DNA of 51,839 nt from a virus (lineage: Duplodnaviria > Caudoviricetes), in IMG/VR virus record IMGVR_UViG_3300025608_000032, positions 1 through 51,839 of that record. One strand, written 5' to 3'. Below, one piece after another: positions 1 through 9,404 of the stretch; the first letter of the stretch is position 1, and each line of letters starts with the position of its first letter. The notes under the pieces were generated by a model. The model made no database searches. It was not told the DNA's origin and saw only the letters and a program-made list of their open reading frames with translations. Made by a program: the position numbers and the translations under genes.

Positions 1-104
1 ACATGGTAAACAAGTCAAACCAAGAAAAGATGGCAAAGATGTTGAACGGCAAGAAGGCCGAGTTTATGAAGATTGCTGACTTTGCATTAAGTAAGGTGAA
101 GTAA
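1..104 (+). CDS. 3' end of a hypothetical protein (partial)
   Basis: Open frame ...MVNKSNQEKMAKMLNGKKAEFMKIADFALSKVK* ending 1 nt before the next ATG. Confidence 0.5.
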   Translation, partial: MVNKSNQEKMAKMLNGKKAEFMKIADFALSKVK

Positions 105-105
105 G

Positions 106-336
106 ATGGCGTGGGTAGAAGTTCCAGGCAGTAACGGTAATTGGGAATATGACAATGCCGCAACTCGTTCAAATACCTATCCAGATTCGCCTGGCACAAT
201 CACTGCTGGTGTAAGAAGTTACACTACACCCAGAGGCACAACAAATCAAACGTATATTAGATCACGAAAGAAAGTTGGTTCTGGAACAACTCTAATCGGC
301 GGTGAGATTAGTAAAACCTACTATGATAATCAATAG
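106..336 (+). CDS. hypothetical protein
   Basis: 76-aa ORF tightly packed in the gene run. Confidence 0.7.
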   Translation: MAWVEVPGSNGNWEYDNAATRSNTYPDSPGTITAGVRSYTTPRGTTNQTYIRSRKKVGSGTTLIGGEISKTYYDNQ

Positions 337-349
337 AGAGTAAAGAAAA

Positions 350-1147
350 ATGGCACAGTGGAGTAAACTAACAGACGCATATTTACCGCAACAGACTACT
401 AACCATGAAGTGGTAATGATTGCAGACCAAGATGGTAACATCATCAATACATTTGGTGCTGCGTCTAACGTTATTATCTCTGCTGGTGGACTTGAAGGAT
501 ATACTGGTGTTCACAAATATGGTGCAGTGTATGGAACTTCAGTATCAACATTTTCAACCGTATGGACTGCGGCAGATACATCTGCAACTGCACTATATGA
601 TTGGGATCATGGAGCGGGAACTCTTTCTGTAGTTTCTTCTAGTGGTTCTGATGTTACTGATGTTACTGTTCAAGGCCTTGATACAAACTATGAGTTTGTA
701 GAAGAGACATTCACTCTTACTGGAACAACACCTGTAACTGGTTCCACATCATTCACAAAAGTAAATCGTGCATTTATGAACACTGTAACGAATGTGGGTA
801 AGATTCAGGCATCTATTGGTGGAACAGTTGTAACAGAGATTGGTGCTGCATATGGACAGACTCTACAATGTTTCTATACTATTCCGGCAGGCAAAACTGG
901 ATATATGACTAATATCAATACATCTGCATCTAAGAACCAGATTGTTGACTTGTTGTTATATCAAAGACCATTCGGTGGTGCATTTAGAGTTGCATCCACA
1001 TTATCACTTAACCAAGGCAATCAGGCAATCGAGTTTCCTGTTCCTCTAAAATTCACAGAGAAAACTGATATTGACTTGCGAGTTCGTGGTTCATCAAATG
1101 CAACGGTATCTGCTGACTTCACAATTATTCTAGTGGATAATGCATAA
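350..1147 (+). CDS. putative virion structural protein (beta-rich, Thr/Ser/Gly-rich)
   Basis: 265-aa ORF; composition typical of phage structural proteins. Confidence 0.55.
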   Translation: MAQWSKLTDAYLPQQTTNHEVVMIADQDGNIINTFGAASNVIISAGGLEGYTGVHKYGAVYGTSVSTFSTVWTAADTSATALYDWDHGAGTLSVVSSSGSDVTDVTVQGLDTNYEFVEETFTLTGTTPVTGSTSFTKVNRAFMNTVTNVGKIQASIGGTVVTEIGAAYGQTLQCFYTIPAGKTGYMTNINTSASKNQIVDLLLYQRPFGGAFRVASTLSLNQGNQAIEFPVPLKFTEKTDIDLRVRGSSNATVSADFTIILVDNA

Positions 1148-1605
1148 TGAAAACATTTAAAGAGATATACGAATCATCATATTCATATGCATTTGGTAAT
1201 TATAAACCAATGGCAGACTTGAATGCTAATGCTGGTGATGCAAAGATTTCTAAACAAGACTTAGATGGTGTGGAGAAGTATGCAGATCGTCTATATAAAT
1301 CAGTAGGGATTGATGTTGAGTTTACACGTCACTTCCTAGATAGAGTAAACGATGAACGTAACAAGAAACAAATTACTGTGGCAGAGCTTATTCGTATGTT
1401 TAAACAATCGTTTAAGAAATATGGTAAGAAGATTGCACAGTTGGGCCCAGATGCCGAAGCGGTAATTAACGATATGCAAACAGACGTTAATATGCCATTC
1501 GCATTGAAGTGGGATAGTAAAAACCAAGAATTAGATTTAGTCGCAAAGACTGTTATGCGTAAGAAGAACTTTGCAACATCTAATCAAAAGTTTCAATTCA
1601 AATAG
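1147..1605 (+). CDS. putative internal head protein with capsid-targeting-like N-terminus
   Basis: Starts MKTFKEIYE, similar to the T4 internal-protein CTS (MKTYQEFIAE); HFLDRVNDERN motif. Confidence 0.55.
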   Translation: MKTFKEIYESSYSYAFGNYKPMADLNANAGDAKISKQDLDGVEKYADRLYKSVGIDVEFTRHFLDRVNDERNKKQITVAELIRMFKQSFKKYGKKIAQLGPDAEAVINDMQTDVNMPFALKWDSKNQELDLVAKTVMRKKNFATSNQKFQFK

Positions 1606-1614
1606 GAGAAACAT

Positions 1615-1764
1615 ATGTTTGGTAAAAGAAAAAAGAGAGCCGCAAAGAAGGTTGAACAACCTGTTGTCGAAACAACTGAAGAAGTGGTAGTGGAAGAGGT
1701 TGTTGAAGAAACGCCGAAACCAGAACCAAAACCAAAAGAAACTTCATGGAAGGTTAGAGTATAA
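1615..1764 (+). CDS. small hypothetical protein (49 aa, Glu/Val/Pro-rich)
   Basis: AGGAG SD; MFGKRKKRAAKKVEQPVVETTEEVVVEE...; not in the ORF track. Confidence 0.6.
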   Translation: MFGKRKKRAAKKVEQPVVETTEEVVVEEVVEETPKPEPKPKETSWKVRV

Positions 1765-1925
1765 TGACTAAGTGGGTTATCGAAAGAGTTAAAGAAAGAA
1801 CAACTTGGAATGGTGCTGCACTTGTCGCACTAGGAGTGATTGTTCTTATCGCAAAACCAATTGCAGGCCTTGTTGCATATGCAGCGATTGCCTACGGTGC
1901 ATGGACTATTTGGAAGTCTGAATAA
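1764..1925 (+). CDS. small 2-TM membrane protein, holin candidate (53 aa)
   Basis: MTKWVIERVKERTTWNGAALVALGVIVLIAKPIAGLVAYAAIAYGAWTIWKSE; TAATG overlaps at both ends; precedes the spanin-like pair. Confidence 0.55.
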   Translation: MTKWVIERVKERTTWNGAALVALGVIVLIAKPIAGLVAYAAIAYGAWTIWKSE

Positions 1926-2311
1926 TGATTCGTATCTACATCATGATTGTAATCATTGGTATGCTCGGTGGTGTAGCATATGCTGCAAAGTATTATTACG
2001 ACACCACACAGGCAACGATTGCAACCTTGCGTGAGAACAATGCAAAACTTGAAACTGCAAATCAGATCAATCAAGAGACGATTGCACAACAACAAGCAGA
2101 TGCAATTAAAATTGCAGAGTTGAATAGTCAACTGACTTCTGATTTGCAGAGGGCAGAACAATACGGTGACGAATTACGTTCAACTCTAAATAAACATAAT
2201 CTGACTCATCTGGCAAATAAGAAGCCAGGTTTGATAGAACAAAGGATGCAAAATGCGACTAACAAATTATGGGATGATTTGGAGTCTATTACTGGCAACG
2301 ATACTCCTTAG
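1925..2311 (+). CDS. inner-membrane spanin (Rz-like)
   Basis: N-terminal TM helix plus long coiled coil; overlaps the downstream lipoprotein gene. Confidence 0.7.
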   Translation: MIRIYIMIVIIGMLGGVAYAAKYYYDTTQATIATLRENNAKLETANQINQETIAQQQADAIKIAELNSQLTSDLQRAEQYGDELRSTLNKHNLTHLANKKPGLIEQRMQNATNKLWDDLESITGNDTP

Positions 2312-2666
2312 TGGGTGTTCAACGTTCATACCAGAACCTAAAGTTGTTACAGTAACAGAGATAGTAGAGAGAACTATTCCAACAGTTCCCTTTCCAAAAC
2401 AAGTCCAGCTCAATGACGTTAAAATCTATGTAGTCTCAAAGGAGAACTATGAAGAGTTTGTCACAGAGTTTGAAAAGAAAAACGGTGGGGACGCATACAT
2501 TGCCATCTCAGTGAAAGACTATGAGAACCTTTCACTAAACTTTGCAGAGTTGAGAAGATATATCGAACAACAAAAGCAAATCATTCTTTATTATGAAGAG
2601 GCAGTAAAACCAACAGAAGAGAGAGAACCAGAGAATGATAAACCTGATGGCGAGGTTAGCGAGTAA
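2253..2666 (+). CDS. outer-membrane lipoprotein spanin (Rz1-like)
   Basis: Lipobox LLSGC after a hydrophobic signal; Pro-rich linker; overlaps the i-spanin gene. Confidence 0.7.
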   Translation: MRLTNYGMIWSLLLATILLSGCSTFIPEPKVVTVTEIVERTIPTVPFPKQVQLNDVKIYVVSKENYEEFVTEFEKKNGGDAYIAISVKDYENLSLNFAELRRYIEQQKQIILYYEEAVKPTEEREPENDKPDGEVSE

Positions 2667-3333
2667 CGCATACCTAGACGAAAAAGAAGCAAAACCAAAA
2701 ATGAAGGAACTTGGGTTCACTGGACACAAGTTTTGGGATATAAAAGGCGCACAATGCCATGCAGTCTGGAACAAAGAGATCTACGTCTTGTGTTTCAGAG
2801 GAACAGAACCAGATGAACTATCTGATGTTCTTGCAGACTTGAATGCAATCCCTCGTGGGGCAATGACACACGGTTTGGTTCACTCTGGTTTTAGAAACGA
2901 ACTAGACAAGATTTGGCAAGACATTGCTACACATCAACACAAGTATCAAAACAGAAAGTTTTACATCACTGGACACTCACTTGGTGCGGCAATGGCAACC
3001 GTTGCAACATCTCGTTTTGAAGAATACACTCCAGTTGAACAGTTGACTACATTCGGCTCACCTCGTGTGGGAACTCGTAAGTTTGTAAAGAACATTGCAA
3101 CCCCACACTTCAGATTCGTAAACAATAACGATATTGTGACTAAGGTTCCTCTATGGTTAATGGGTTATAAACATCATGGGGTATTGCAATATATCAACTT
3201 CTATGGTAATATAAGAAAACTCACTACTTGGCAAGCAATCAAAGACAAGTGGAGAGGATACCGTTCTGGCATCTTAGACGGTGCGATGGATCACGGTATG
3301 GATAATTACGTTAAACATACAGAGGGTCTATAA
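2635..3333 (+). CDS. lipase class 3 (alpha/beta hydrolase)
   Basis: FRGT, VHSGF, TGHSLGAA, TFGSPRVG and DIVTKVP motifs. Confidence 0.9.
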   Translation: MINLMARLASNAYLDEKEAKPKMKELGFTGHKFWDIKGAQCHAVWNKEIYVLCFRGTEPDELSDVLADLNAIPRGAMTHGLVHSGFRNELDKIWQDIATHQHKYQNRKFYITGHSLGAAMATVATSRFEEYTPVEQLTTFGSPRVGTRKFVKNIATPHFRFVNNNDIVTKVPLWLMGYKHHGVLQYINFYGNIRKLTTWQAIKDKWRGYRSGILDGAMDHGMDNYVKHTEGL

Positions 3334-3614
3334 TGGAACTTATCAGTAGACTCTTTGATGATACGTTGTGGATTTACACAGCGATTTTAGGTTCACTTGC
3401 TGGTGCGGCATTCCTTGCATATTTCAAGGACACTCGTGCTGGTTTGTGGTGTTATGCAAAACTAGACCAGTTTCTAGATTTCTTGGTAGATAAATATGGT
3501 CTGACATGGTTCGAACAACCAACTGATGCATGGAGAAAGAAGTATCCATATGTCACAAAGAAGATTGATGAACTGGAAGAACGAATTCAGAGACTAGAAA
3601 ATGGCAACGACTAA
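3333..3614 (+). CDS. hypothetical membrane protein
   Basis: N-terminal TM segment, short C-terminal coiled coil. Confidence 0.7.
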   Translation: MELISRLFDDTLWIYTAILGSLAGAAFLAYFKDTRAGLWCYAKLDQFLDFLVDKYGLTWFEQPTDAWRKKYPYVTKKIDELEERIQRLENGND

Positions 3615-4056
3615 GACATTAGAAACGGAAGTAGAACTTCTCAAACGTGAAGTAAGCGAGATGAAGGAAATTCATTTACGTTTGGATTCTGCGATTGAGA
3701 AGATTGCTGATGTTTCTCAGTCATTGCACACCATCATGGCAGTTCATGAAGAAAAACTCATAAGGCAGGAAGAAGCATTGGACGATCAAGAGAAAAAACT
3801 TCAAGATAATATAATGGAGTTGCATTCTCGTATTACGTCTAATGCGAAAGAACAGACTCACCAGATGGGTGAAATGGAACGTAGAATGATTCAGGCGATG
3901 AGGGATCACAACAAAGCCGAGACTGAAGAGTTCCAAAAACTTAGACATGAATTACAAAACAGAGTAGGTGTTTTGGAGAAGTGGAGATGGATAATCATAG
4001 GTGGTTCCATCGTTGCAGGATTTGCACTACAGAAAATACTTCCTGTCCTCTTATAA
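3601..4056 (+). CDS. coiled-coil protein with C-terminal TM (gp61.1-like position)
   Basis: Coiled coil ending LEKWRWIIIGG; directly upstream of the primase. Confidence 0.65.
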   Translation: MATTKTLETEVELLKREVSEMKEIHLRLDSAIEKIADVSQSLHTIMAVHEEKLIRQEEALDDQEKKLQDNIMELHSRITSNAKEQTHQMGEMERRMIQAMRDHNKAETEEFQKLRHELQNRVGVLEKWRWIIIGGSIVAGFALQKILPVLL

Positions 4057-4061
4057 ATCTA

Positions 4062-4090
4062 TTGACAATTGAGTGAACTTTCTATATTAT
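4062..4090 (+). promoter_or_regulatory. sigma70-type promoter
   Basis: TTGACA-17-TATTAT upstream of the primase. Confidence 0.65.
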
Positions 4091-4098
4091 GATTAACT

Positions 4099-5127
4099 AT
4101 GAACTACATTGACACAAAGTATATCTCACTGATAGGCCCCAGACTTAGAAATTTCCAGAAGAAGAAAGACTTCCTCTGGAATTTTTCCTGTCCCTATTGT
4201 GGCGACTCAACCACCAATCGCAAGAAGGCGAGAGGATTTGTTTATAGAACAAAGAACGACTTGTTCTATAAATGTCACAACTGTAGTATGGGAACCACAC
4301 TGGCAAAACTAATTGAACATGTGGATTCTAACCTATACAAAGAATACCAGTTGGAAAGATATAAAGAGGGTCAGACTGCCAGTGGACGTGGCGGTAAGAA
4401 TAATGGACAACATGTTGCTGCACCAAAGTTCGCCTTCAAGAAACCAGAGTTCAAAACTAAACCCAAATTTCATGGGCTAAAAAGTTTTAGTCAACTTGAA
4501 AAAAATCATCCGGCGGTGCAAATTTTATCCAAAAGATCACTGCCTGAAGCAGCATGGGATGATATATATTACAGTCCAAAATTCTTTGAGTTCACCAACG
4601 GACTTGTAGAAAACAAGTTTCCTTCCTTAGAAGGCGATCATCCAAGGATGATTATCCCCTTTAGAAAAGACAATGGGGAAATATTTGCCTATCAAGGGAG
4701 GGCGTTTGGTAACGAACCACAAAAATACATAACTATCATACTGGATAAAAACTATCCAAAGATTTTTGGTCTCGACAGGGTAGATCCTTCAAAGACGTTA
4801 TATGTCACTGAAGGCCCACTTGATAGTTTGTTTTTAAACAATGCAGTTGCAGTCGCACAAAGTGACTTGCGTGTTCCACAATTCAAAAGTAAGGCGGTAT
4901 TGATACCAGATAACGAACCTAGAAACAAAGAAGTCTGTAAACAGATTGAAGTTTGTATCAAGGAAGGTTACTCTGTTGTCTTATGGCCCAAAGGGATTGA
5001 GGAAAAAGATATTAATGATATGGTTTTGTCTGGTATTACACCAGATGACATAAAGGCAGTTATACATAGTAACACCCATTCGGGACTGTCTGCGCTTACA
5101 ACTTTTAATAATTGGAAGCGTGTATAA
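4099..5127 (+). CDS. gp61: DNA primase (T4 gp61-like)
   Basis: CPYCGDS...CHNC zinc finger; TOPRIM motifs EGPLDSLF, DNEPRN and KDINDM. Confidence 0.95.
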   Translation: MNYIDTKYISLIGPRLRNFQKKKDFLWNFSCPYCGDSTTNRKKARGFVYRTKNDLFYKCHNCSMGTTLAKLIEHVDSNLYKEYQLERYKEGQTASGRGGKNNGQHVAAPKFAFKKPEFKTKPKFHGLKSFSQLEKNHPAVQILSKRSLPEAAWDDIYYSPKFFEFTNGLVENKFPSLEGDHPRMIIPFRKDNGEIFAYQGRAFGNEPQKYITIILDKNYPKIFGLDRVDPSKTLYVTEGPLDSLFLNNAVAVAQSDLRVPQFKSKAVLIPDNEPRNKEVCKQIEVCIKEGYSVVLWPKGIEEKDINDMVLSGITPDDIKAVIHSNTHSGLSALTTFNNWKRV

Positions 5128-5154
5128 AGAAAAAACAATTAGGAGAATAACAAC

Positions 5155-6984
5155 ATGGCCCTTGCAGAAGTTAAAGTAATTGACTTTCCCAAGGCTGAGG
5201 GAGACTTTGGTCAAGAATACCTCGGCATTACACTAGACTACGAAAAAGATAAACAACTATCAGAACAAGCATATAAACTTCTTAAGGACTATTATTGTTT
5301 AGACAATGAACATTCGCCACAACAGGCATACGCTCGTGCCTCACTTGCATACTCTGCTGGTGATATGGGACTCGCACAACGTATCTATGATGCAGTCTCT
5401 AAAGGGTGGTTTATGTTCTCTTCCCCAGTGTTGTCAAATGCGCCATTGCCAGGGCAGAAGGCAAAGGCACTTCCTATTTCTTGTTTCTTAACTTACGTCC
5501 CAGACTCACTTGAAGGACTTATCGACCACTCTTCTGAGTTGCGATGGTTGTCAGTTAAAGGTGGTGGTGTTGGTGGACACTGGAGTGATGTTCGTGCAAT
5601 CTCAGATAAGGCGCCTGGCCCGATGCCATTCCTTCACACTGTAGATGCAGACATGACTGCATACCGTCAAGGACGCACTCGTAAAGGTTCTTATGCGGCA
5701 TACATTGACGTATCACACCCAGACATTATTGAGTTCCTAAACATGCGTGTTCCTACTGGTGACGTAAACCGTAAGAACCTAAACCTACACCATGCAATCA
5801 ACATTACAGACGCATTCATGCGAGCAGTTGAACGTGGTGAGATGTGGGACTTGCGTGACCCTAACGATGATGATGTTCGTGAATCAACACCTGCTCGTAA
5901 GTTGTGGCAACAGATTCTAGAAACTCGTTACAGAACTGGTGAACCATACCTTAACTTCATTGACACTGCGAACCGAGCATTGCCACACACGATGCGGGCG
6001 AAGGGTCTGAAAATTCATGGTTCGAACCTATGTAATGAGATTCACCTACCAACATCTGAAGATAGAACGGCAGTCTGTTGTTTGTCTTCTGTAAACTTAG
6101 AAAAGTTTGATGAGTGGAAGGATACAACTCTTATTCGTGATTTGATTCGTTTCTTGGATAACGTTCTACAGTTCTTCATTGATAACGCCGGTGACGAAAT
6201 TTCTCGTGCAAGATACTCTGCAACACAGGAACGTTCACTTGGACTTGGTGCAATGGGATGGCACTCACTTCTACACCAGAAGAGAATTCCATTTGAATCT
6301 GCCCAAGCAAGGGAACTGAACCGTAGAGTATTCAAACATATTAAAAATGAATCTGTTGCAGAATCTATGCAACTAGGATTGGAACGTGGAGAAGCACCAG
6401 ACATGCAAGGAACTGGTAGACGTAATGCACACTTACTTGCAATTGCTCCTAACGCAAACTCAAGTATCATTGTGTCAACATCACCATCTATCGAACCATC
6501 GAAGGCGAATGCATATACCCATAGAACTCGGGCGGGTTCACACTTGGTGAAGAATGATTACTTGGAAGAGGAACTAGAGAAGGTTGGAAAGAATACACAA
6601 GAAGTGTGGACTGACATTATTACCAATGGTGGTTCTGTTCAACACTTGGACTTCCTATCACAAGAAGTCAAAGATGTTTTTAAAACTGCCATCGAATTGG
6701 ATCAAATGTCATTGATAGAACAAGGGGCTGACAGACAAGAATACTTGTGTCAAGGACAGTCACTAAACTTGTTCTTCCCTGCTGGTGCAGATAAGAAAGA
6801 CTTACACAAAGCACACTTTGCTGCGTGGAAACTAGGAACAAAGGGTTTGTATTACCTACGAACCGAAACATCACAAAGAGCAGAGAACGTATCAACGAAA
6901 GTTGCGAGAGATGCTCTGAAAGACTTTGAAACTCAAACACTAGAAGCACAGTCGCAAGACGAATGTGTGGCATGCCAAGGATAA
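5155..6984 (+). CDS. nrdA: class Ia ribonucleotide reductase alpha subunit (no ATP cone)
   Basis: SCFL, SNLCNEI, VCCLSS, APNANSS, KGLYYLR and C-terminal CVACQG. Confidence 0.97.
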   Translation: MALAEVKVIDFPKAEGDFGQEYLGITLDYEKDKQLSEQAYKLLKDYYCLDNEHSPQQAYARASLAYSAGDMGLAQRIYDAVSKGWFMFSSPVLSNAPLPGQKAKALPISCFLTYVPDSLEGLIDHSSELRWLSVKGGGVGGHWSDVRAISDKAPGPMPFLHTVDADMTAYRQGRTRKGSYAAYIDVSHPDIIEFLNMRVPTGDVNRKNLNLHHAINITDAFMRAVERGEMWDLRDPNDDDVRESTPARKLWQQILETRYRTGEPYLNFIDTANRALPHTMRAKGLKIHGSNLCNEIHLPTSEDRTAVCCLSSVNLEKFDEWKDTTLIRDLIRFLDNVLQFFIDNAGDEISRARYSATQERSLGLGAMGWHSLLHQKRIPFESAQARELNRRVFKHIKNESVAESMQLGLERGEAPDMQGTGRRNAHLLAIAPNANSSIIVSTSPSIEPSKANAYTHRTRAGSHLVKNDYLEEELEKVGKNTQEVWTDIITNGGSVQHLDFLSQEVKDVFKTAIELDQMSLIEQGADRQEYLCQGQSLNLFFPAGADKKDLHKAHFAAWKLGTKGLYYLRTETSQRAENVSTKVARDALKDFETQTLEAQSQDECVACQG

Positions 6985-6991
6985 AATAAAA

Positions 6992-8200
6992 ATGAAAGTA
7001 GAAATTTACAGTAAATCAAATTGTCCTTTTTGCGAAAAGGCAAAGACGTGGTTCAAACAACACGGTTATGAATACACAGAACATAGACTAGACAATGAAG
7101 AGCAACGCATGGCGTTTTACCAGAAAGTGCCTGGAGCTCGTTCTGTTCCACAAATCTTCATTGACGATAAACTGATTGGAACATACGATCAGTTCATGGC
7201 AATCTCTGAACAGTTTGTGAAGAAACGTTCTGGTGGTTTGATGGAGTTCTCTGAAACCTACAAACCATTCCACTATCCTTGGGCAGTGGAGATTACAACA
7301 CGACACGAAAAGGTTCACTGGATTGAAGATGAACTTGACTTGTCTGAAGACGTTGCAGATTGGAAGTCTGGTAAAATGTCTGGTGTAGAGAAGGAATACG
7401 TTACTAACATTCTACGTCTGTTCACACAGTCAGATGTTGCAGTAGGACAAAACTATTATGACCAGTTCATCCCCAAATTCAAAAACAACGAAGTTCGCAA
7501 CATGTTGGGTTCTTTTGCTGGACGTGAAGGAATTCACCAAAGAGCATATGCACTTCTTAACGAAACACTTGGATTGCCCGATAGTGAATATCATGCGTTT
7601 TTGGAATACACAGAGATGGTAGACAAGGTGGAGTTCATGATGGACTCTGACCCTAATACTGTTCGTGGACTAGGACTTGCACTTGCAAAGTCTGTATTTA
7701 ACGAAGGTGTTGCACTGTTCGCTTCATTTGTAATGTTATTGAACTTCCAACGTTTCGGTAAGATGAAAGGTATGGGTAAGGTTGTTGAGTGGAGTATTCG
7801 TGACGAATCAATTCACGTTGAGGGTAACGCAAAACTCTTCAAGGCATATTGTGCAGAACATCCTCGTATTGTAGACGATGCTTTCAAAGCAGAAATCTAT
7901 GAGATGGCTCGTGTTGCAGTAAAACTGGAAGACAAGTTTGTAGAACTTGCATATAAGATGGGTGAGGTTGAAGGTTTGGATATGTCTGAAGTGAAGACAT
8001 ATATAAGGTATATAACCGATAGACGTTTACTCCAACTCGGTTTGAAAACAAACTTTAAAGTAAAAGAAAATCCCCTACCTTGGCTAGAATGGGTTCTGAA
8101 TGGTGCAGACCATACGAACTTCTTTGAGAATCGTGTCACAGAATACGAAGTCGCTGGATTACAGGGTAAGTGGGACGATGTGTATGAAGAAGTGGCATGA
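6992..8200 (+). CDS. nrdB: ribonucleotide reductase beta subunit with N-terminal glutaredoxin fusion
   Basis: Grx domain (CPFC, SVPQIFI) followed by a ferritin-like R2 domain (EGIHQRAY, DESIH, NFFENRVTEY). Confidence 0.95.
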   Translation: MKVEIYSKSNCPFCEKAKTWFKQHGYEYTEHRLDNEEQRMAFYQKVPGARSVPQIFIDDKLIGTYDQFMAISEQFVKKRSGGLMEFSETYKPFHYPWAVEITTRHEKVHWIEDELDLSEDVADWKSGKMSGVEKEYVTNILRLFTQSDVAVGQNYYDQFIPKFKNNEVRNMLGSFAGREGIHQRAYALLNETLGLPDSEYHAFLEYTEMVDKVEFMMDSDPNTVRGLGLALAKSVFNEGVALFASFVMLLNFQRFGKMKGMGKVVEWSIRDESIHVEGNAKLFKAYCAEHPRIVDDAFKAEIYEMARVAVKLEDKFVELAYKMGEVEGLDMSEVKTYIRYITDRRLLQLGLKTNFKVKENPLPWLEWVLNGADHTNFFENRVTEYEVAGLQGKWDDVYEEVA

Positions 8201-8358
8201 GCAGAAAACTATTACAATGCGAAGAGTGTGAGGCAACATTCGAAATAAAACATAATTTGGCAGAAAGATACTATGAGGTGTCTTTCTGCCCTTTTTGTGC
8301 ATCTGAGATAGAAATTGAAGATGAACTTGCAGAGGATGAAGAGGATGAGTGGAACTAA
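8197..8358 (+). CDS. small zinc-ribbon protein with acidic tail (53 aa)
   Basis: MSRKLLQCEECEATFEIKHNLAERYYEVSFCPFCASEIEIEDEL...; not in the ORF track. Confidence 0.75.
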   Translation: MSRKLLQCEECEATFEIKHNLAERYYEVSFCPFCASEIEIEDELAEDEEDEWN

Positions 8359-8518
8359 CTGGCATGGCGGTAAGGGTTCTAAGGCACGTCCCATAAGTAA
8401 TAGAGAACAATTCGAATCGAATTGGGATCGAATATTCGGGATGAAAGATAATGAAAACACAAAGCGCAAAAGCGAAGGGCAGAAGACTCCAACAGTGGGT
8501 CAGAGACAAACTGATTGA
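8345..8518 (+). CDS. small hypothetical protein
   Basis: GGKGSKARP...NWDRIF motif recalled from small phage ORFs. Confidence 0.55.
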   Translation: MSGTNWHGGKGSKARPISNREQFESNWDRIFGMKDNENTKRKSEGQKTPTVGQRQTD

Positions 8519-8789
8519 GGAACTGCAAGTTCACCCAGAAGATATAGAATCTAGATCAATGGGTGCAGGCGGCGAAGACTTAATCATGGCTCGTGCCGCA
8601 AGAGAAAAATTCCCCTACTCAATTGAATGTAAGAACGTAGAGAAACTAAACGTTTGGGATGCATATACTCAAGCGTCTGAAAACAGTGGAGACTACGAAC
8701 CGATTGTTGTGATGAAAAAGAACGGTAAGAAACCACTCGTAGTGGTAGATGCTGAATACTTTGTTAAGATTCATGACAAAGGCGCATAA
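8451..8789 (+). CDS. PD-(D/E)XK endonuclease, Holliday junction resolvase-like
   Basis: SAKAKGRRLQQWVRD...GAGGEDL...SIECKN. Confidence 0.8.
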   Translation: MKTQSAKAKGRRLQQWVRDKLIEELQVHPEDIESRSMGAGGEDLIMARAAREKFPYSIECKNVEKLNVWDAYTQASENSGDYEPIVVMKKNGKKPLVVVDAEYFVKIHDKGA

Positions 8790-8830
8790 CAGATTTTACG
8801 CAATTGCAACATTAAAATACGACTTTAGTT

Positions 8831-8838
8831 TATAAATA
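8831..8838 (+). promoter_or_regulatory. T4-type late promoter
   Basis: TATAAATA. Confidence 0.65.
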
Positions 8839-8886
8839 TAGTCGTAGGATGAACCTACACACATATCATACACACAGGAGATAATT

Positions 8887-8937
8887 ATGTGGCCTTATAC
8901 GCAAGAAGAGGCAGAGGAGTGGTTTAATGTTAAGTAA
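8887..8937 (+). CDS. 16-aa peptide MWPYTQEEAEEWFNVK
   Basis: Strong SD (ACAGGAG); overlaps the start of the DUF1127 gene. Confidence 0.5.
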   Translation: MWPYTQEEAEEWFNVK

Positions 8938-9115
8938 ACTAGTCGCTGCCTACAAAAGAAACAAAATCGCAAATACAACAATCAAACAACTATCGTCACT
9001 ATCAGACAGAGAACTGAATGACATGGGTATTGCTCGTGGAGACATTTGGAGTATCGCTCATGATTGCAAGGACTATACAAGAGTTCGTGGCAATGCATCG
9101 AAAGGACTTGTATAA
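8927..9115 (+). CDS. DUF1127 family small protein
   Basis: TIKQLSSLSDRELNDMGIARGDI matches the DUF1127 signature. Confidence 0.85.
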   Translation: MLSKLVAAYKRNKIANTTIKQLSSLSDRELNDMGIARGDIWSIAHDCKDYTRVRGNASKGLV

Positions 9116-9327
9116 TGTCAGTAGCATTTAGACAACCTACATTCAGAAATCCATTGCCGATGGTATTCAAAACAATCTCAACTACACTTATGGGAATCTT
9201 CATGGGAATGGTTGCAATTGGGGAAACTGCTGGACGTGCGAGAGCTGCTGCAGAATTGCACAGACAGGGATATTATGAGGAAGCGAAAGCTCTTATGTTG
9301 GAACTGAAAGAACTTCAAGACAAATAA
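9115..9327 (+). CDS. hypothetical protein
   Basis: 70-aa ORF coupled by a TAATG overlap. Confidence 0.7.
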   Translation: MSVAFRQPTFRNPLPMVFKTISTTLMGIFMGMVAIGETAGRARAAAELHRQGYYEEAKALMLELKELQDK

Positions 9328-9354
9328 AATTTAAACTTTTTTAAATTTTTTTCT

Positions 9355-9383
9355 AAGCCCTTGATTCTCAAGGGCTTTTTTTT
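9355..9383 (+). terminator. Rho-independent terminator
   Basis: AAGCCCTTGA-TTC-TCAAGGGCTT plus T-tract; identical copy at 16640. Confidence 0.85.
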
Positions 9384-9404
9384 AGCTTTTTTTCTAGAAA
9401 ACGC

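Noticed and set aside
5155-8200. Introns or inteins in nrdA/nrdB
   Set aside because: Both frames are continuous and of compact length, with no intein or homing endonuclease motifs.
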